Positions 45,015 to 56,961 of a stretch of DNA of 64,000 nt are shown one piece after another. The DNA comes from Arenicellales bacterium (GTDB taxonomy: Bacteria > Pseudomonadota > Gammaproteobacteria > Arenicellales > CBDCFT01), in the NCBI GenBank assembly GCA_965216365.1, contig CBDCFT010000059.1, positions 20,556 through 84,555 of the forward strand, given 5' to 3'. The position numbers and the translations under genes were made by a program. The notes under the pieces were generated by a model. It saw only the letters and a list, made by a program, of their open reading frames with translations, did not search any database and was not told the origin of the DNA. Each line of letters opens with the position of its first letter. The first letter of the stretch is position 1.

Positions 45015-45186
45015 CGCTGGGTGTTTTCCTGCGGATTCCTGGATGCGTTCATTTTCATAGGCAATTTGCTCGCAGATTTTCGTTATTGCAACGAACAAAT
45101 GGTCGGCATTTGATAATGATCACGAGCGTCGGGATTTATTTCTGTACCGGCAATCGGCAGACAGTTGTGTCAATCTGAAAAAATAA

Positions 45187-45207
45187 ATAATAGCTATTAG
45201 CTATTAT
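45187..45207. promoter_or_regulatory. 21-bp perfect palindrome containing an OxyR-type half site, upstream of the catalase gene
   Basis: The palindrome is ATAATAGCTATTAGCTATTAT. Its core, ATAGCTATTAGCTAT (45190-45204), fits the published OxyR half-site pattern ATAGntnnnanCTAT at every specified position. It lies about 165 nt upstream of katA, in the divergent intergenic region. Confidence 0.4.
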
Positions 45208-45367
45208 AAAAATGATAATAATATATTGGATTTATGATTGAGTCTCTCATATGGTAATCGACACAGCGACTGATTTTGTCCATCTATGTTCTTTTTGATG
45301 CATCTGCGCCCTCATCGATGGCGAGTCTGCGCTGACGACGCACCATTAACTATTCAAGGACTTTAAC

Positions 45368-46822
45368 ATGAGCAAAAAACTTACCACCAACGCAGGCTGT
45401 CCGGTTGCCGACAATCAAAATGTCATGACTGCCGGACCACGTGGGCCACAATTGTTACAAGACGTTTGGTTCCTGGAAAAACTCGCCCATTTTGATCGGG
45501 AAGTCATTCCGGAACGGCGCATGCATGCTAAAGGTTCAGGGGCCTATGGCACCTTCACCGTAACCCACGACATTACGCAATACACGCGGGCCAAGATCTT
45601 CTCCGAAGTCGGCAAGCAAACCGAGCTGTTTGCGCGCTTTACCACTGTTGCCGGAGAACGCGGTGCGGCCGATGCCGAGCGCGATATTCGTGGCTTCGCG
45701 GTAAAGTTCTACACCGAGGAAGGCAACTGGGATCTAGTGGGCAATAACACGCCGGTGTTTTTCCTGCGCGATCCGCTCAAGTTCCCGGACCTTAACCATG
45801 CGGTTAAACGTGATCCGCGCACCAATCTGCGCAGCGCCAAGAACAACTGGGACTTCTGGACTTCACTACCCGAAGCCCTGCACCAGATTACCATTGTTAT
45901 GAGTGATCGTGGTATTCCGGCCACCTACCGGCACATGCACGGATTTGGTAGTCATACTTTCAGTTTTATTAATGCCGATAATGAACGGTATTGGGTTAAA
46001 TTCCATTTTAAGTCCCAACAAGGCATCAAGAATCTCACCGATGCCGAAGCGGAAGAACTGATTGGCAAGGATCGTGAAAGTCACCAGCGCGATCTCTACG
46101 ACAGTATCGAAAACGGTGACTTTCCGAAATGGACGCTCAAGGTACAGGTCATGCCGGAAGCAGACGCCGCCAAGGTGCCGTATCATCCCTTCGATCTCAC
46201 CAAGATCTGGCCACATGCGGATTACCCGCTGATTGAAGTAGGTGAGCTCGAATTGAATCGCAATCCGGAGAACTTCTTCGCCGAAGTCGAGCAATCGGCG
46301 TTCAATCCGGCCAATGTTGTGCCGGGTATCGGTTTCTCGCCGGACAAGATGTTACAGGGGCGGTTGTTCTCATACGGTGACGCCCAACGCTACCGGCTTG
46401 GGGTCAATCACAATCTTATCCCGGTTAATGCACCGCGTTGTCCGGTGCACAACTACCACCGCGATGGTGCCATGCGAGTCGACGGTAACCACGGCGGCAC
46501 TCTGGGCTATGAGCCAAACGACCAGGGCGAATGGGCCGAGCAGCCGGACTACCGCGAACCGCCGCTCGATTTACAGGGTGCAGCGGATCACTGGAACCAA
46601 CGCGAAGACACGGACTATTTTTCGCAAGCCGGTGACTTGTTCCGGCTGATGAGTGCGGAACAGCAACAGGCTTTGTTTGATAATACCGCTGGCTCGATTG
46701 GCGATGCGCCAAAAGAGATCCAGTTGCGGCACATTCGTCATTGCCTGCAGGCTGACCCGGCTTATGGCGAAGGCATTGCTAAAGCACTGGGTATCGATGT
46801 CGGTCAGTTAGAGGCAGCGTGA
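45368..46822 (+). CDS. katA: monofunctional haem catalase (small-subunit, clade 3 type)
   Basis: 484 aa with [43 protein letters not shown] and the proximal Tyr region [14 protein letters not shown]. Confidence 0.95.
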   Translation: MSKKLTTNAGCPVADNQNVMTAGPRGPQLLQDVWFLEKLAHFDREVIPERRMHAKGSGAYGTFTVTHDITQYTRAKIFSEVGKQTELFARFTTVAGERGAADAERDIRGFAVKFYTEEGNWDLVGNNTPVFFLRDPLKFPDLNHAVKRDPRTNLRSAKNNWDFWTSLPEALHQITIVMSDRGIPATYRHMHGFGSHTFSFINADNERYWVKFHFKSQQGIKNLTDAEAEELIGKDRESHQRDLYDSIENGDFPKWTLKVQVMPEADAAKVPYHPFDLTKIWPHADYPLIEVGELELNRNPENFFAEVEQSAFNPANVVPGIGFSPDKMLQGRLFSYGDAQRYRLGVNHNLIPVNAPRCPVHNYHRDGAMRVDGNHGGTLGYEPNDQGEWAEQPDYREPPLDLQGAADHWNQREDTDYFSQAGDLFRLMSAEQQQALFDNTAGSIGDAPKEIQLRHIRHCLQADPAYGEGIAKALGIDVGQLEAA

Positions 46823-46837
46823 TGTGACGTAGCCTGT

Positions 46838-46870
46838 GGCGCGGGTTGAAGAAACCCGCGCCTCGCTTTT
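46838..46870 (+). terminator. Rho-independent terminator after katA, between convergent genes
   Basis: The 10-bp stem GGCGCGGGTT / AACCCGCGCC with loop GAAGA is followed by TCGCTTTT. Confidence 0.6.
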
Positions 46871-46922
46871 CAACGTTACTTAACCGAGTACTTGCCAGCT
46901 CAACGATGACCAAGTGAAGGGA

Positions 46923-48185
46923 TCAGTGGTGTGGTTTAAAGCTCAGCGCCTTACCGCGAGTCGATTCCCTGATGTGTCCATTTTCAAAAGCAATTTTCCC
47001 GTTGACAATAGTCCACTGTGACCATCCCGTTAACATACGACCAGCGTAGGGCGTCCAACCGCATTTGGTGAACATATCCTCGTTGCGTACGGGTTTCTCG
47101 TTCTCGAAATCGACAACGGTTAAATCGGCGTCCCATCCTTCCAGTATCTTGCCTTTATTCGGAATACCGTAAAGTTGCGCCGGGCCATGACACATCCATT
47201 TTTGAATCTGTTCAAGCGTGCACCGTCCGCGTTTCATCTGCGTGAGCATCAGCGGCAAAGACGTTTCTACCCCGGCCATGCCGGAAGGCGCTTTGGGGTA
47301 GGGTTGCTGCTTCTCCTCCAGCGTATGAGGTGCATGATCGGTAGCGATAATGTCAATCACACCATCGCGCAGCGCCTGAAATAACTTTTCATTGTCTTCA
47401 GGTGTTCGAATCGGCGGGTTCATTTGCACTAGCGTACCCAATTCCGCGTAATCGTTAATATTAAGCAGTAAATGGTTCGGGATGACTTCGGCGCTGACCC
47501 AGTCAGGTTTGTTTTCGCGCAACATGTCGGCTTCCGCACCGGTGGATAAATGCAGGATATGCAGGCGGCGTTGGTATTTGTTCGACAATTCCAGCGCCAG
47601 CGTCGTCGCGAGCACGGCGCATTCCACGTCACGCACCTGGGAGTGCATAGCGGGGTCAGGGTTTGGCCCGATATTTTCAAGAAACTGTGCCGTGCGAGAG
47701 CGAATGCGTTGTTCGTCTTCGGCATGAACCGCGATCAAACGCTCGCCATTGGCAAAAATTTTATCCAGATCGGATTGTTCCGAGACCAGAAGATCGCCCG
47801 TACTGGAACCCATGAACACTTTGATGCCGCAAGTAGGGGATGCGCTGTTGATAACGTTCAGATTGTCCGGTGTCGCGCCGATAAAGAATCCGTAGTTGGC
47901 GACCGACACATCTGCCGCACGCGCGAGCTTCGCGTCCAGGGCTTCCTGGGTCGTGGTGGTCGGGCGTGTGTTGGGCATTTCCAGAAAACTGGTAACGCCA
48001 CCTTTGACTGCAGCACGGGAGCCACTGGCCAGGTCTTCCTTATGGGGTGCGCCGGGATCGCGAAAATGCACCTGCGGATCGATGACACCGGGCAGGAGCA
48101 AACGGCCACCCGCATCAATTTCTTCTGTCGCCGACTGGCTGATATTCGAGTCGATACGCTCAATTCTGCCATCCATGATCGCCAC
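46923..48185 (-). CDS. dihydroorotase-like cyclic amidohydrolase (class I DHOase/allantoinase family)
   Basis: 420 aa counted from GTG 48185, with ..LLLPGVIDPQVHFRDPG..GGVTSFLEMPNT..DHAPH... The first His of the usual HxH motif is Gln. The conserved N-terminal strand (FDIIVRNADIARPDG..) is encoded upstream of the first canonical start, so the true 5' end is uncertain (up to 48284). Confidence 0.8.
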   Translation of the reverse strand: MAIMDGRIERIDSNISQSATEEIDAGGRLLLPGVIDPQVHFRDPGAPHKEDLASGSRAAVKGGVTSFLEMPNTRPTTTTQEALDAKLARAADVSVANYGFFIGATPDNLNVINSASPTCGIKVFMGSSTGDLLVSEQSDLDKIFANGERLIAVHAEDEQRIRSRTAQFLENIGPNPDPAMHSQVRDVECAVLATTLALELSNKYQRRLHILHLSTGAEADMLRENKPDWVSAEVIPNHLLLNINDYAELGTLVQMNPPIRTPEDNEKLFQALRDGVIDIIATDHAPHTLEEKQQPYPKAPSGMAGVETSLPLMLTQMKRGRCTLEQIQKWMCHGPAQLYGIPNKGKILEGWDADLTVVDFENEKPVRNEDMFTKCGWTPYAGRMLTGWSQWTIVNGKIAFENGHIRESTRGKALSFKPHH

Positions 48186-48316
48186 GTCGCCAGCGTCGGT
48201 GGAACCGTCGGGCCGCGCGATGTCCGCGTTACGGACGATAATATCGAAGTGGGCGATTGGAAGTGCCTGGGGGTTTAAGCGGTGTTATGGGGGGTGACTA
48301 CGGGTAAAACTGTTGA

Positions 48317-48760
48317 CTACACCATTTGTTTTTCGCGCATTTCATCCAGGGTTTTGCAGTCCACGCACAACGTTGCTGTCGGGCGGGCTTCAAGCCGCTG
48401 AATACCGATGTCAATACCGCATTTTTCACACCAGCCGTAGTCGCCGCTGTCCAGGCTGGCCAATGATTCTGTAATCTTGGCAATCAATTTTCGTTCGCGG
48501 TCGCGGCTGCGCAGTTCCAGCGACATATCGGTTTCCTGGCTGGCGCGGTCATTGGGATCGGGGTGGTTTACTGTCTCGTCCTGCATGCTGGTGACCGTGC
48601 GCGACATTTCCTCCATCAGCTCGCTACGCCAGGATTCCAGGATAGTGCGAAAATGAGCACGCTGGTTTTCATTCATGAATTCCTCACGCTTTTTCGCCTT
48701 ATACGGCTTAACTCCATGAATTAAATCAGACTCTACCTTTTTCTTGGCTGCGCTTGCCAT
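48317..48760 (-). CDS. dksA: RNA polymerase-binding transcription factor DksA
   Basis: 147 aa with a coiled-coil region and the C4 zinc finger (CEKCG..I...RL.ARP.A.LC.DCK). Confidence 0.95.
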   Translation of the reverse strand: MASAAKKKVESDLIHGVKPYKAKKREEFMNENQRAHFRTILESWRSELMEEMSRTVTSMQDETVNHPDPNDRASQETDMSLELRSRDRERKLIAKITESLASLDSGDYGWCEKCGIDIGIQRLEARPTATLCVDCKTLDEMREKQMV

Positions 48761-49030
48761 TTCAATACTCCATCGAATGTATTTGCCGGTGCCCGAATCG
48801 ACAACGGATTCAAGGGCGGTCGGGAAAAATGAAACCGGGCTTTATACCCGATTTGCCGGTAAAGGGCAACGAAGTTTACCTGCGTCATTTTAACAAAGCG
48901 CTCGAACAAAAATGTGCAAGTTTAGGGTGCATTCCTGTTATGAAAATTGTCGTATGCAATTCACAATTCATGTGGTAGTTTTCGCGTCCAACCCGAACTA
49001 TGGAGGGTTCAACTCACAACTGGTTGGTTA

Positions 49031-52000
49031 ATGCGTTTAAAAACTATACACGTCTTTGGTTTTAAGTCTTTTGTAGACCCGACTACGCTTAAAGTGCGTG
49101 CAAACATCGTCGGGATTGTAGGGCCAAACGGTTGTGGAAAATCAAATGTTATCGATGCCCTACGCTGGGTGATGGGCGAAGCGTCCGCCAAGAACCTGCG
49201 TGGCGACAGCATGGCCGATGTCATTTTCAATGGCTCTACCTCACGCAAACCGGTGGGCAAGGCCGCCGTGGAACTCACATTCGATAACACCGACCGGCGC
49301 GCTCCGGATGCCTATTCGCAATTCACGGAAATATCCGTCAAACGCACCTTAAGTCGCGACGGTACGTCGGAGTATTTTGTGAACAGTACCCGCTGCCGGC
49401 GCCGTGATATCACCGATATTTTTCGGGGTACCGGGCTTGGCCCACGTTCCTACTCCATTATCGAACAAGGTATGGTCAGCCGCATCGTCGAGGCCCGACC
49501 GGACGATCTGCGTTTGTTTGTCGAGGAGGCGTCAGGCATCTCCAAATACAAAGACCGCCGCCGGGAAACGGAAACCCGTATTCGCCACACCCGCGAAAAT
49601 CTTGAGCGAGTTGCGGATATTCGCAGCGAACTGGAAACCCAGTTGCGACGTTTGAAACGTCAGTCCCAGGCCGCACAACGGTATAAAGTTTTGAAAGAAG
49701 AAGAACGACTCGTCCATGCCCAGTTGCTGGCGCTGCGCTGGAAGACGCTGCACGACGATTTGTCCAACCACGAGCAACAACTATCGCATCTGAAAACCGA
49801 GCTGGAAGGGCGTATTGCGGCGCAACGTGAGACTGAAGCAAAGATAGAGCAGCAACGCACGCAACAAACCGAAGCCCAGGAAAAAATGAATACGGTGCAG
49901 GGCGAGTTTTATCGCATCAGCGCCGATGTTGCGACCATGGAACAGAATATTGAGCATGCGCACGAAACCCATAAGCGTCAGCAGGCGGAATACGAACGGC
50001 TGGTGCAGGAAGTGGCGTCGTTGCAGACCCAGTCGACGCGGGATCAGCAGGCGCTGAGCGCGGCGCGCAATGAATTGGAACAGATCAATCCGCGTTTCGA
50101 ACGATTGACCGAAGCAATGAACGCGGCCAACGAGACTCTGGCGCAGACGGAGCAGCAAAACCGTGACTGGGAGAACCGCTGGGAGCAGTTTAACCGGGAA
50201 GCCATCGAGCCGGCCCAGCAACAGGTGCGGCATTCGGCTAAAGTAGAACAGATTCAGCAACAGATTGCGCAACTGAATCAGCGTCTGAGTCATCTTCGCA
50301 GCGAACGGGAAAAACTCGAGCAACAACTGTCCAGCGACGACCCGGAAACGACCAAACAACAAGTCGCCCGTTTCGATGTTGAATTCGATCAGAAACAAAA
50401 ACAATTGGAAGAGTTGGAAGGCCGGGTCAGGCGTTTACGCGAACTGTCGGATCATGCGGCACAGCAGGTGGACGATCATCGTGGTGAGTTGCAGCAAATC
50501 AGCGCGCGTTTGCAGTCATTACAGGAAATACAGGATGCCGCCATGCATGAAGATGACGACGATTATCGTCAATGGTTGGAGCGCCAGGGAATTGCCAATG
50601 CCCCGCGTTTGACCACGCGTTTGTCTGTGCAGGCAGGTTGGGAGCAGGCGGTGGATGCGATCCTGGGTGACCGGTTGGCGGCGTTTTGCGTTCATTCGTT
50701 GGATCAGGTACCGACAAACGAACTGGATTCTACCGATCGGGGTATTACCCTGATTCAACCCGGCGATACACAAGGATCCAGCGCGCCGGAAAACAGTTTG
50801 CTGGCCAAAGTCAGCGGACAGGATGTAAGCGTCAATTCACTCCTGGGCGGTGTGCAGGTGGCTGAAAATACGGCGCAGGCGATTCGGCGCCGCGATCGAT
50901 TGCACGATGGCGAATGCATCGTCACGCGCAGCGGTGTGTTGGTAGGGCGCAACTGGTTGCACCGACCACAAAAAAACGAACAACACGCGAATATCCTGGA
51001 GCGCGCGAAGACCATTGACGGGCTAAGCGAGCAGGTAAAACAGATGCAGCCCGCTCTGGATGATTTGGTGAGCGATCAAACCAACCGGCAAAACGAGTTG
51101 CAGGAGCACGAAAAAAATCTGGACACAGCGCGTGCGGCGCACCGGGAAATGGCGCAACAACGTGCGGAACTGCACAGTCAGTTAGGCGCGCAGCAGGCCC
51201 GCCATGAGGAAATGACAGCACGGCAAAATCAACTGCGTGATGAAATCGACGGTGTGAATAGCGATATCGACAGTTGTCACGCAGGTCTTTCCGGCGCCGA
51301 GGAGTTTCTGGCCCGGGCGGAAATGGTTTCCGGAGGCCGCGAGCAACAAACCAATGCGTTGATCGATGAACGCGATGCCATACGCGCTCGATTAAACGAA
51401 CTGCGCGATGCTGCGAGCCAGGCGCAGGACGATCGTCATAGCGTGGCCTTGGAGCATCATCGTTTGGATGTCACGATTCGATCAGCCGAGGAACAGATCG
51501 AACGATTGGCACGTCAAATTCAGCAGGTTAGCCAGCGACGCGACGAGTTGCATGGAATACTGTCGCAATCCGATGACCCCGCCGCCGAATTGACTCAGCA
51601 ATTGGAAAAATTGTTGGAACAACGGTTAGCGAGCGAGGAGTTGCTGCGCAATACACGGGAAGAATTTTCACGGCAGGAAGAAGCGTTGCGTGGTTTATCC
51701 GAAAAACGCTCCGCGCGGGAACAGGATGTGACGGCGGCACGTGAAAAGGTGGAGCAGCAGGGCCTGGTTCGCCAGGAATTAGTGGTGCGGTCACAGAATG
51801 TCAGCGAGCAGATTCAAACCGCGGGCTACAACGTCGAATCCCTGGTGAACGAGTTACCCGAAGAAGCCGAGGAAGATGTCTGGAAAGAAAAGCTGGAAAG
51901 CGTCACCAAGCGTATCGAACGCATTGGGCCGGTGAATCTGGTTGCGATTGAAGAATTCGAAGAACAATCGGAACGTAAGGAGTACCTGGACAAACAACAT

Positions 52001-52537
52001 GAAGACCTGATCGAAGCATTGACGACACTTGAGGGTGTTATTCGCAAAATTGACAAGGACACCCGGCAACGATTCAGAGATACTTTTGAACAACTGGATC
52101 AGAACTTTCGCGAGTTTTTTCCGAAACTGTTTGGCGGTGGCAGCGCAACACTGCAGTTAACCGACGACGACATGTTATCCGCGGGGGTAACGGTCATGGC
52201 GCGGCCACCGGGTAAACGCAACAGTACGATTCATCTGTTGTCCGGCGGGGAAAAAGCGTTAACCGCGGTGTCACTGATATTTTCGTTCTTTAAATTGAAT
52301 CCCGCGCCGTTTTGCCTGCTGGATGAGGTCGATGCACCGTTGGATGACGCCAATGTCGTGCGCTATTGCGAAACCCTGAAGTCGCTGGCGGAACATACGC
52401 AACTGATGTTTATTACGCATAATAAAATTACCATGGAGTTTGCAGATATACTGGTTGGCGTTACCATGGGCGAGCCGGGCGTTTCCCGCCTGGTATCGGT
52501 GGACATCGAACAAGCATTGGAAATGGCTGTTCAGTAA
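49031..52537 (+). CDS. smc: chromosome segregation protein SMC
   Basis: MRLKTIHVFGFKSF, with Walker A GPNGCGKSN, long coiled coils, a hinge, the signature LSGGEKALTA and Walker B CLLDEVDAPLD. I prefer the ATG at 49031 over the longer ORF. Confidence 0.94.
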   Translation: MRLKTIHVFGFKSFVDPTTLKVRANIVGIVGPNGCGKSNVIDALRWVMGEASAKNLRGDSMADVIFNGSTSRKPVGKAAVELTFDNTDRRAPDAYSQFTEISVKRTLSRDGTSEYFVNSTRCRRRDITDIFRGTGLGPRSYSIIEQGMVSRIVEARPDDLRLFVEEASGISKYKDRRRETETRIRHTRENLERVADIRSELETQLRRLKRQSQAAQRYKVLKEEERLVHAQLLALRWKTLHDDLSNHEQQLSHLKTELEGRIAAQRETEAKIEQQRTQQTEAQEKMNTVQGEFYRISADVATMEQNIEHAHETHKRQQAEYERLVQEVASLQTQSTRDQQALSAARNELEQINPRFERLTEAMNAANETLAQTEQQNRDWENRWEQFNREAIEPAQQQVRHSAKVEQIQQQIAQLNQRLSHLRSEREKLEQQLSSDDPETTKQQVARFDVEFDQKQKQLEELEGRVRRLRELSDHAAQQVDDHRGELQQISARLQSLQEIQDAAMHEDDDDYRQWLERQGIANAPRLTTRLSVQAGWEQAVDAILGDRLAAFCVHSLDQVPTNELDSTDRGITLIQPGDTQGSSAPENSLLAKVSGQDVSVNSLLGGVQVAENTAQAIRRRDRLHDGECIVTRSGVLVGRNWLHRPQKNEQHANILERAKTIDGLSEQVKQMQPALDDLVSDQTNRQNELQEHEKNLDTARAAHREMAQQRAELHSQLGAQQARHEEMTARQNQLRDEIDGVNSDIDSCHAGLSGAEEFLARAEMVSGGREQQTNALIDERDAIRARLNELRDAASQAQDDRHSVALEHHRLDVTIRSAEEQIERLARQIQQVSQRRDELHGILSQSDDPAAELTQQLEKLLEQRLASEELLRNTREEFSRQEEALRGLSEKRSAREQDVTAAREKVEQQGLVRQELVVRSQNVSEQIQTAGYNVESLVNELPEEAEEDVWKEKLESVTKRIERIGPVNLVAIEEFEEQSERKEYLDKQHEDLIEALTTLEGVIRKIDKDTRQRFRDTFEQLDQNFREFFPKLFGGGSATLQLTDDDMLSAGVTVMARPPGKRNSTIHLLSGGEKALTAVSLIFSFFKLNPAPFCLLDEVDAPLDDANVVRYCETLKSLAEHTQLMFITHNKITMEFADILVGVTMGEPGVSRLVSVDIEQALEMAVQ

Positions 52538-52553
52538 ATGGCAATCACTTAAT

Positions 52554-53714
52554 ATGGAATTACGTACAGCTCTGCTGATCGTGGGAATCGGCGTGCTGGG
52601 GGTTGTGGTTGTGGCATCCTATCGCGCAACCATAGTAGGGTTTGTCAATCGGTTGCTCACGCGATTTGGCGGAAAAATCCAATTGCCGTCTTTTGAACGG
52701 CGTGCGCGCAAAAAACGTGCGCGTCGGAAATCAGCGCAACTGATTCCAGTCGAGGATTTTCAACAGGGATTTGACTTTGACGAATCTGTCGATTTGGTCC
52801 ACGCTGGCGATTTCTATGACGAATCGGAACCCGTATTAGGCGATCATCAGTTTCCGTCTTTAAAGCCGCAGGACTTGGAGGCGGATACACTGGATATCGA
52901 TTTTGGCGCAGTGATTTCCGGCGACAACCCGGTAGCGCGGGACGATGCGTTAAGTATTTTTCGCCAACACGAGTACGAACTGGAAAAACCGTTACGCATA
53001 CTTGCGCGCTCCATCGAAACAGGTGAATGGCGGGATCTGGAACAGGAACCGTACGGCGGCGAATACGCCGAGTTGGCCTTGTCCATACAGCTAGCAGATC
53101 GGCATGGCCCGGTAACCGAAAGCGAGTTGACTAAGTTTTCATCGCTGGTATTGCGACTCGCGGAAGACCTGGGACGCACGTTCAAGTTTTCCATGTCTAT
53201 TGACGATGCGCTGGAGCGCGCCGTTGAACTGCGTGGTTTGTGCAAGGAATTCGACACTCTGGTCGTATTGAATGTTGTTGCAAACGAAGATCTGGATTTT
53301 CATGGCTGTGTGATCGATCAGTGTGCCGCGGAGTTCGGACTCGAACTGGGACGTATGAATATTTATCACAAGAACATTGCAGACGTTATGGGGCCACGCA
53401 ATCTGTATAGCATGGCGAATTTGTACTCGCCAGGTAATTTCGACCCTGAGCAAATGGACAATTTGCGAACGCAAGGCCTGTCGTTGTTTATGAGTCTGCC
53501 GACAAATTTTCAACCGGCCGACGTGTTTCTCGATATGGCGCATACGGCCAGAAGTATCAGCGAACGATTGAATGGTGAACTGGTTGATCGTGAACAAAAT
53601 CCGCTGTCCGAGCGTGGCATCAATGCCATTCATCAACAGATTCTGAATTATGTTGCGGAACTTCGTAGCGAAGGAATAGTGGCTGGGGGGCGCATTGCTG
53701 CGCGACTATTTTAA
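52554..53714 (+). CDS. zipA: cell division protein ZipA
   Basis: It has an N-terminal TM segment (MELRTALLIVGIGVLGVVVV), a basic linker and a C-terminal ZipA-like domain. It lies between smc and ligA, as in gammaproteobacteria. Confidence 0.85.
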   Translation: MELRTALLIVGIGVLGVVVVASYRATIVGFVNRLLTRFGGKIQLPSFERRARKKRARRKSAQLIPVEDFQQGFDFDESVDLVHAGDFYDESEPVLGDHQFPSLKPQDLEADTLDIDFGAVISGDNPVARDDALSIFRQHEYELEKPLRILARSIETGEWRDLEQEPYGGEYAELALSIQLADRHGPVTESELTKFSSLVLRLAEDLGRTFKFSMSIDDALERAVELRGLCKEFDTLVVLNVVANEDLDFHGCVIDQCAAEFGLELGRMNIYHKNIADVMGPRNLYSMANLYSPGNFDPEQMDNLRTQGLSLFMSLPTNFQPADVFLDMAHTARSISERLNGELVDREQNPLSERGINAIHQQILNYVAELRSEGIVAGGRIAARLF

Positions 53715-55739
<2,025 letters not shown>

Positions 55740-55767
55740 CCTAATTTTTGGATAAATGTTAAAAACA

Positions 55768-56067
55768 ATGGCTTTCACAATTATTTTTGCTTTGTTGCTG
55801 GGGGTTTTATTTTTTTGCCGGTACATCAGCACAGATAAGTACTATCTTGTGACTTATGAAGTTTCGCCAGACGGAAAACATGTGGGAGTACTAGTGAATA
55901 ACTCGGGCGGCGGGGGACCAGGTTGATGCAGGGACTTTGTGTATAAATTTCCATTTCCCAAGATGATTGATATAAGTGACGAAGAGAAGAACTTCGAGTA
56001 TCTGGTCAAATCGTTTGAGGACTGTACAGACTCAAATGACGTAAGCTGGCTGTGGAAAGAGCAATGA
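55768..56067 (+). pseudogene. small membrane-anchored hypothetical protein with an in-frame TGA at 55924-55926
   Basis: A single frame reads MAFTIIFALLLGVLFFCRYIS..VSPDGKHVGVLVNNSGGGGPG[TGA]CRDFVYKFPFPK...VSWLWKEQ. Coding-like sequence continues after the stop. A TGG to TGA change is the simplest explanation. Confidence 0.4.
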
Positions 56068-56160
56068 ATCTGCAGTCGCACCGTCATGGCGACTAAACCA
56101 TGGAGTTAACTACGCGCAGGACAACGTGCGCTTAAGGTTAATCCAGCGTTGCTCCTGTTG

Positions 56161-56961
56161 TTACGATTCCAGCGCCGTGCAGCGAATGAGTAACCGGCTG
56201 TGTCCGGTAAAATCGTTAACAGGATAGTGCAGTGTAAAGCGATTGTCCCAGAGTACGAGGTCGAACGGCGACCATCGGTGCCTGAAAGTAAATTCCGGCC
56301 GGGAAATATGGTGGTCGAGAAAATTAATCAATGGTCGGCTTTCATCTTCCGTCATATTTAAAAATCGAGTCGCAAACATTCGATTGATGTAGATTCCTTT
56401 CTTGTTTGATATTGGATGTTGCCGAATGACCGGGTGAATCGCGGTTTGGCTTGGATGATCGGGTTGTCCTGGTCCGTCATAACTGTGTACCGCTGCGAGC
56501 CCGTCCAGCGCGGCCTGCATTCCGCTACTGAGCGCAGCATAAGCCGCAATCGTGTTGGCGAATCCGGTGTCTCCGCCCACGGATGGGATTACTTTTGCGT
56601 GCAGCGCTGAAACGTAGGCCGCCGGTTTTTCAAAGGTGACATCCGCGTGCCAATCCGATCCGCCAAATAGCCGCTCGCCATCCGGTTCTTTGCGCATTTC
56701 CAGCACTTCTTTAAGACCATCTGCGTATATCACACCTTCATCCGCATGATGGCAAAACAGTGGGCCGAAATGCGCGACGAGGTCACGAAGTTGGCTTGCG
56801 GACATCGACTGATTTCTGACCACCACGACAAGGTGTTGATCGAGCATTTTCCGCAAATACGCTGCAACAGTCTGCGAGTTTTGTGTTGGTATCTGGAAGC
56901 CATCAATACTGACGCCAAAATGGGGCGTGAATAATGTTTCTTTTAAGCTATCTTTACGCAT
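56161..56961 (-). CDS. TauD/TfdA-family Fe(II)/2-oxoglutarate-dependent dioxygenase
   Basis: 266 aa with the HxD iron motif in DWHADVTF and a distal His region (..FTLHY..). The overall pattern is TauD-like. Confidence 0.85.
   Translation of the reverse strand: MRKDSLKETLFTPHFGVSIDGFQIPTQNSQTVAAYLRKMLDQHLVVVVRNQSMSASQLRDLVAHFGPLFCHHADEGVIYADGLKEVLEMRKEPDGERLFGGSDWHADVTFEKPAAYVSALHAKVIPSVGGDTGFANTIAAYAALSSGMQAALDGLAAVHSYDGPGQPDHPSQTAIHPVIRQHPISNKKGIYINRMFATRFLNMTEDESRPLINFLDHHISRPEFTFRHRWSPFDLVLWDNRFTLHYPVNDFTGHSRLLIRCTALES

Noticed and set aside
45181-45194. A 14-nt identity (AAATAAATAATAGC) shared between the katA upstream region and 60687-60700 near the yciB 3' end.
   Set aside because: In 64 kb searched on both strands, several chance 14-mer matches are expected, more so in AT-rich sequence. 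The flanks diverge immediately.
55924-55926. Selenocysteine (UGA recoding) in the small membrane ORF, at ..GPG-U-C...
   Set aside because: I could not find a stable stem-loop in the 40 nt downstream that could serve as a bacterial SECIS. The context fits a simple Trp codon mutation.
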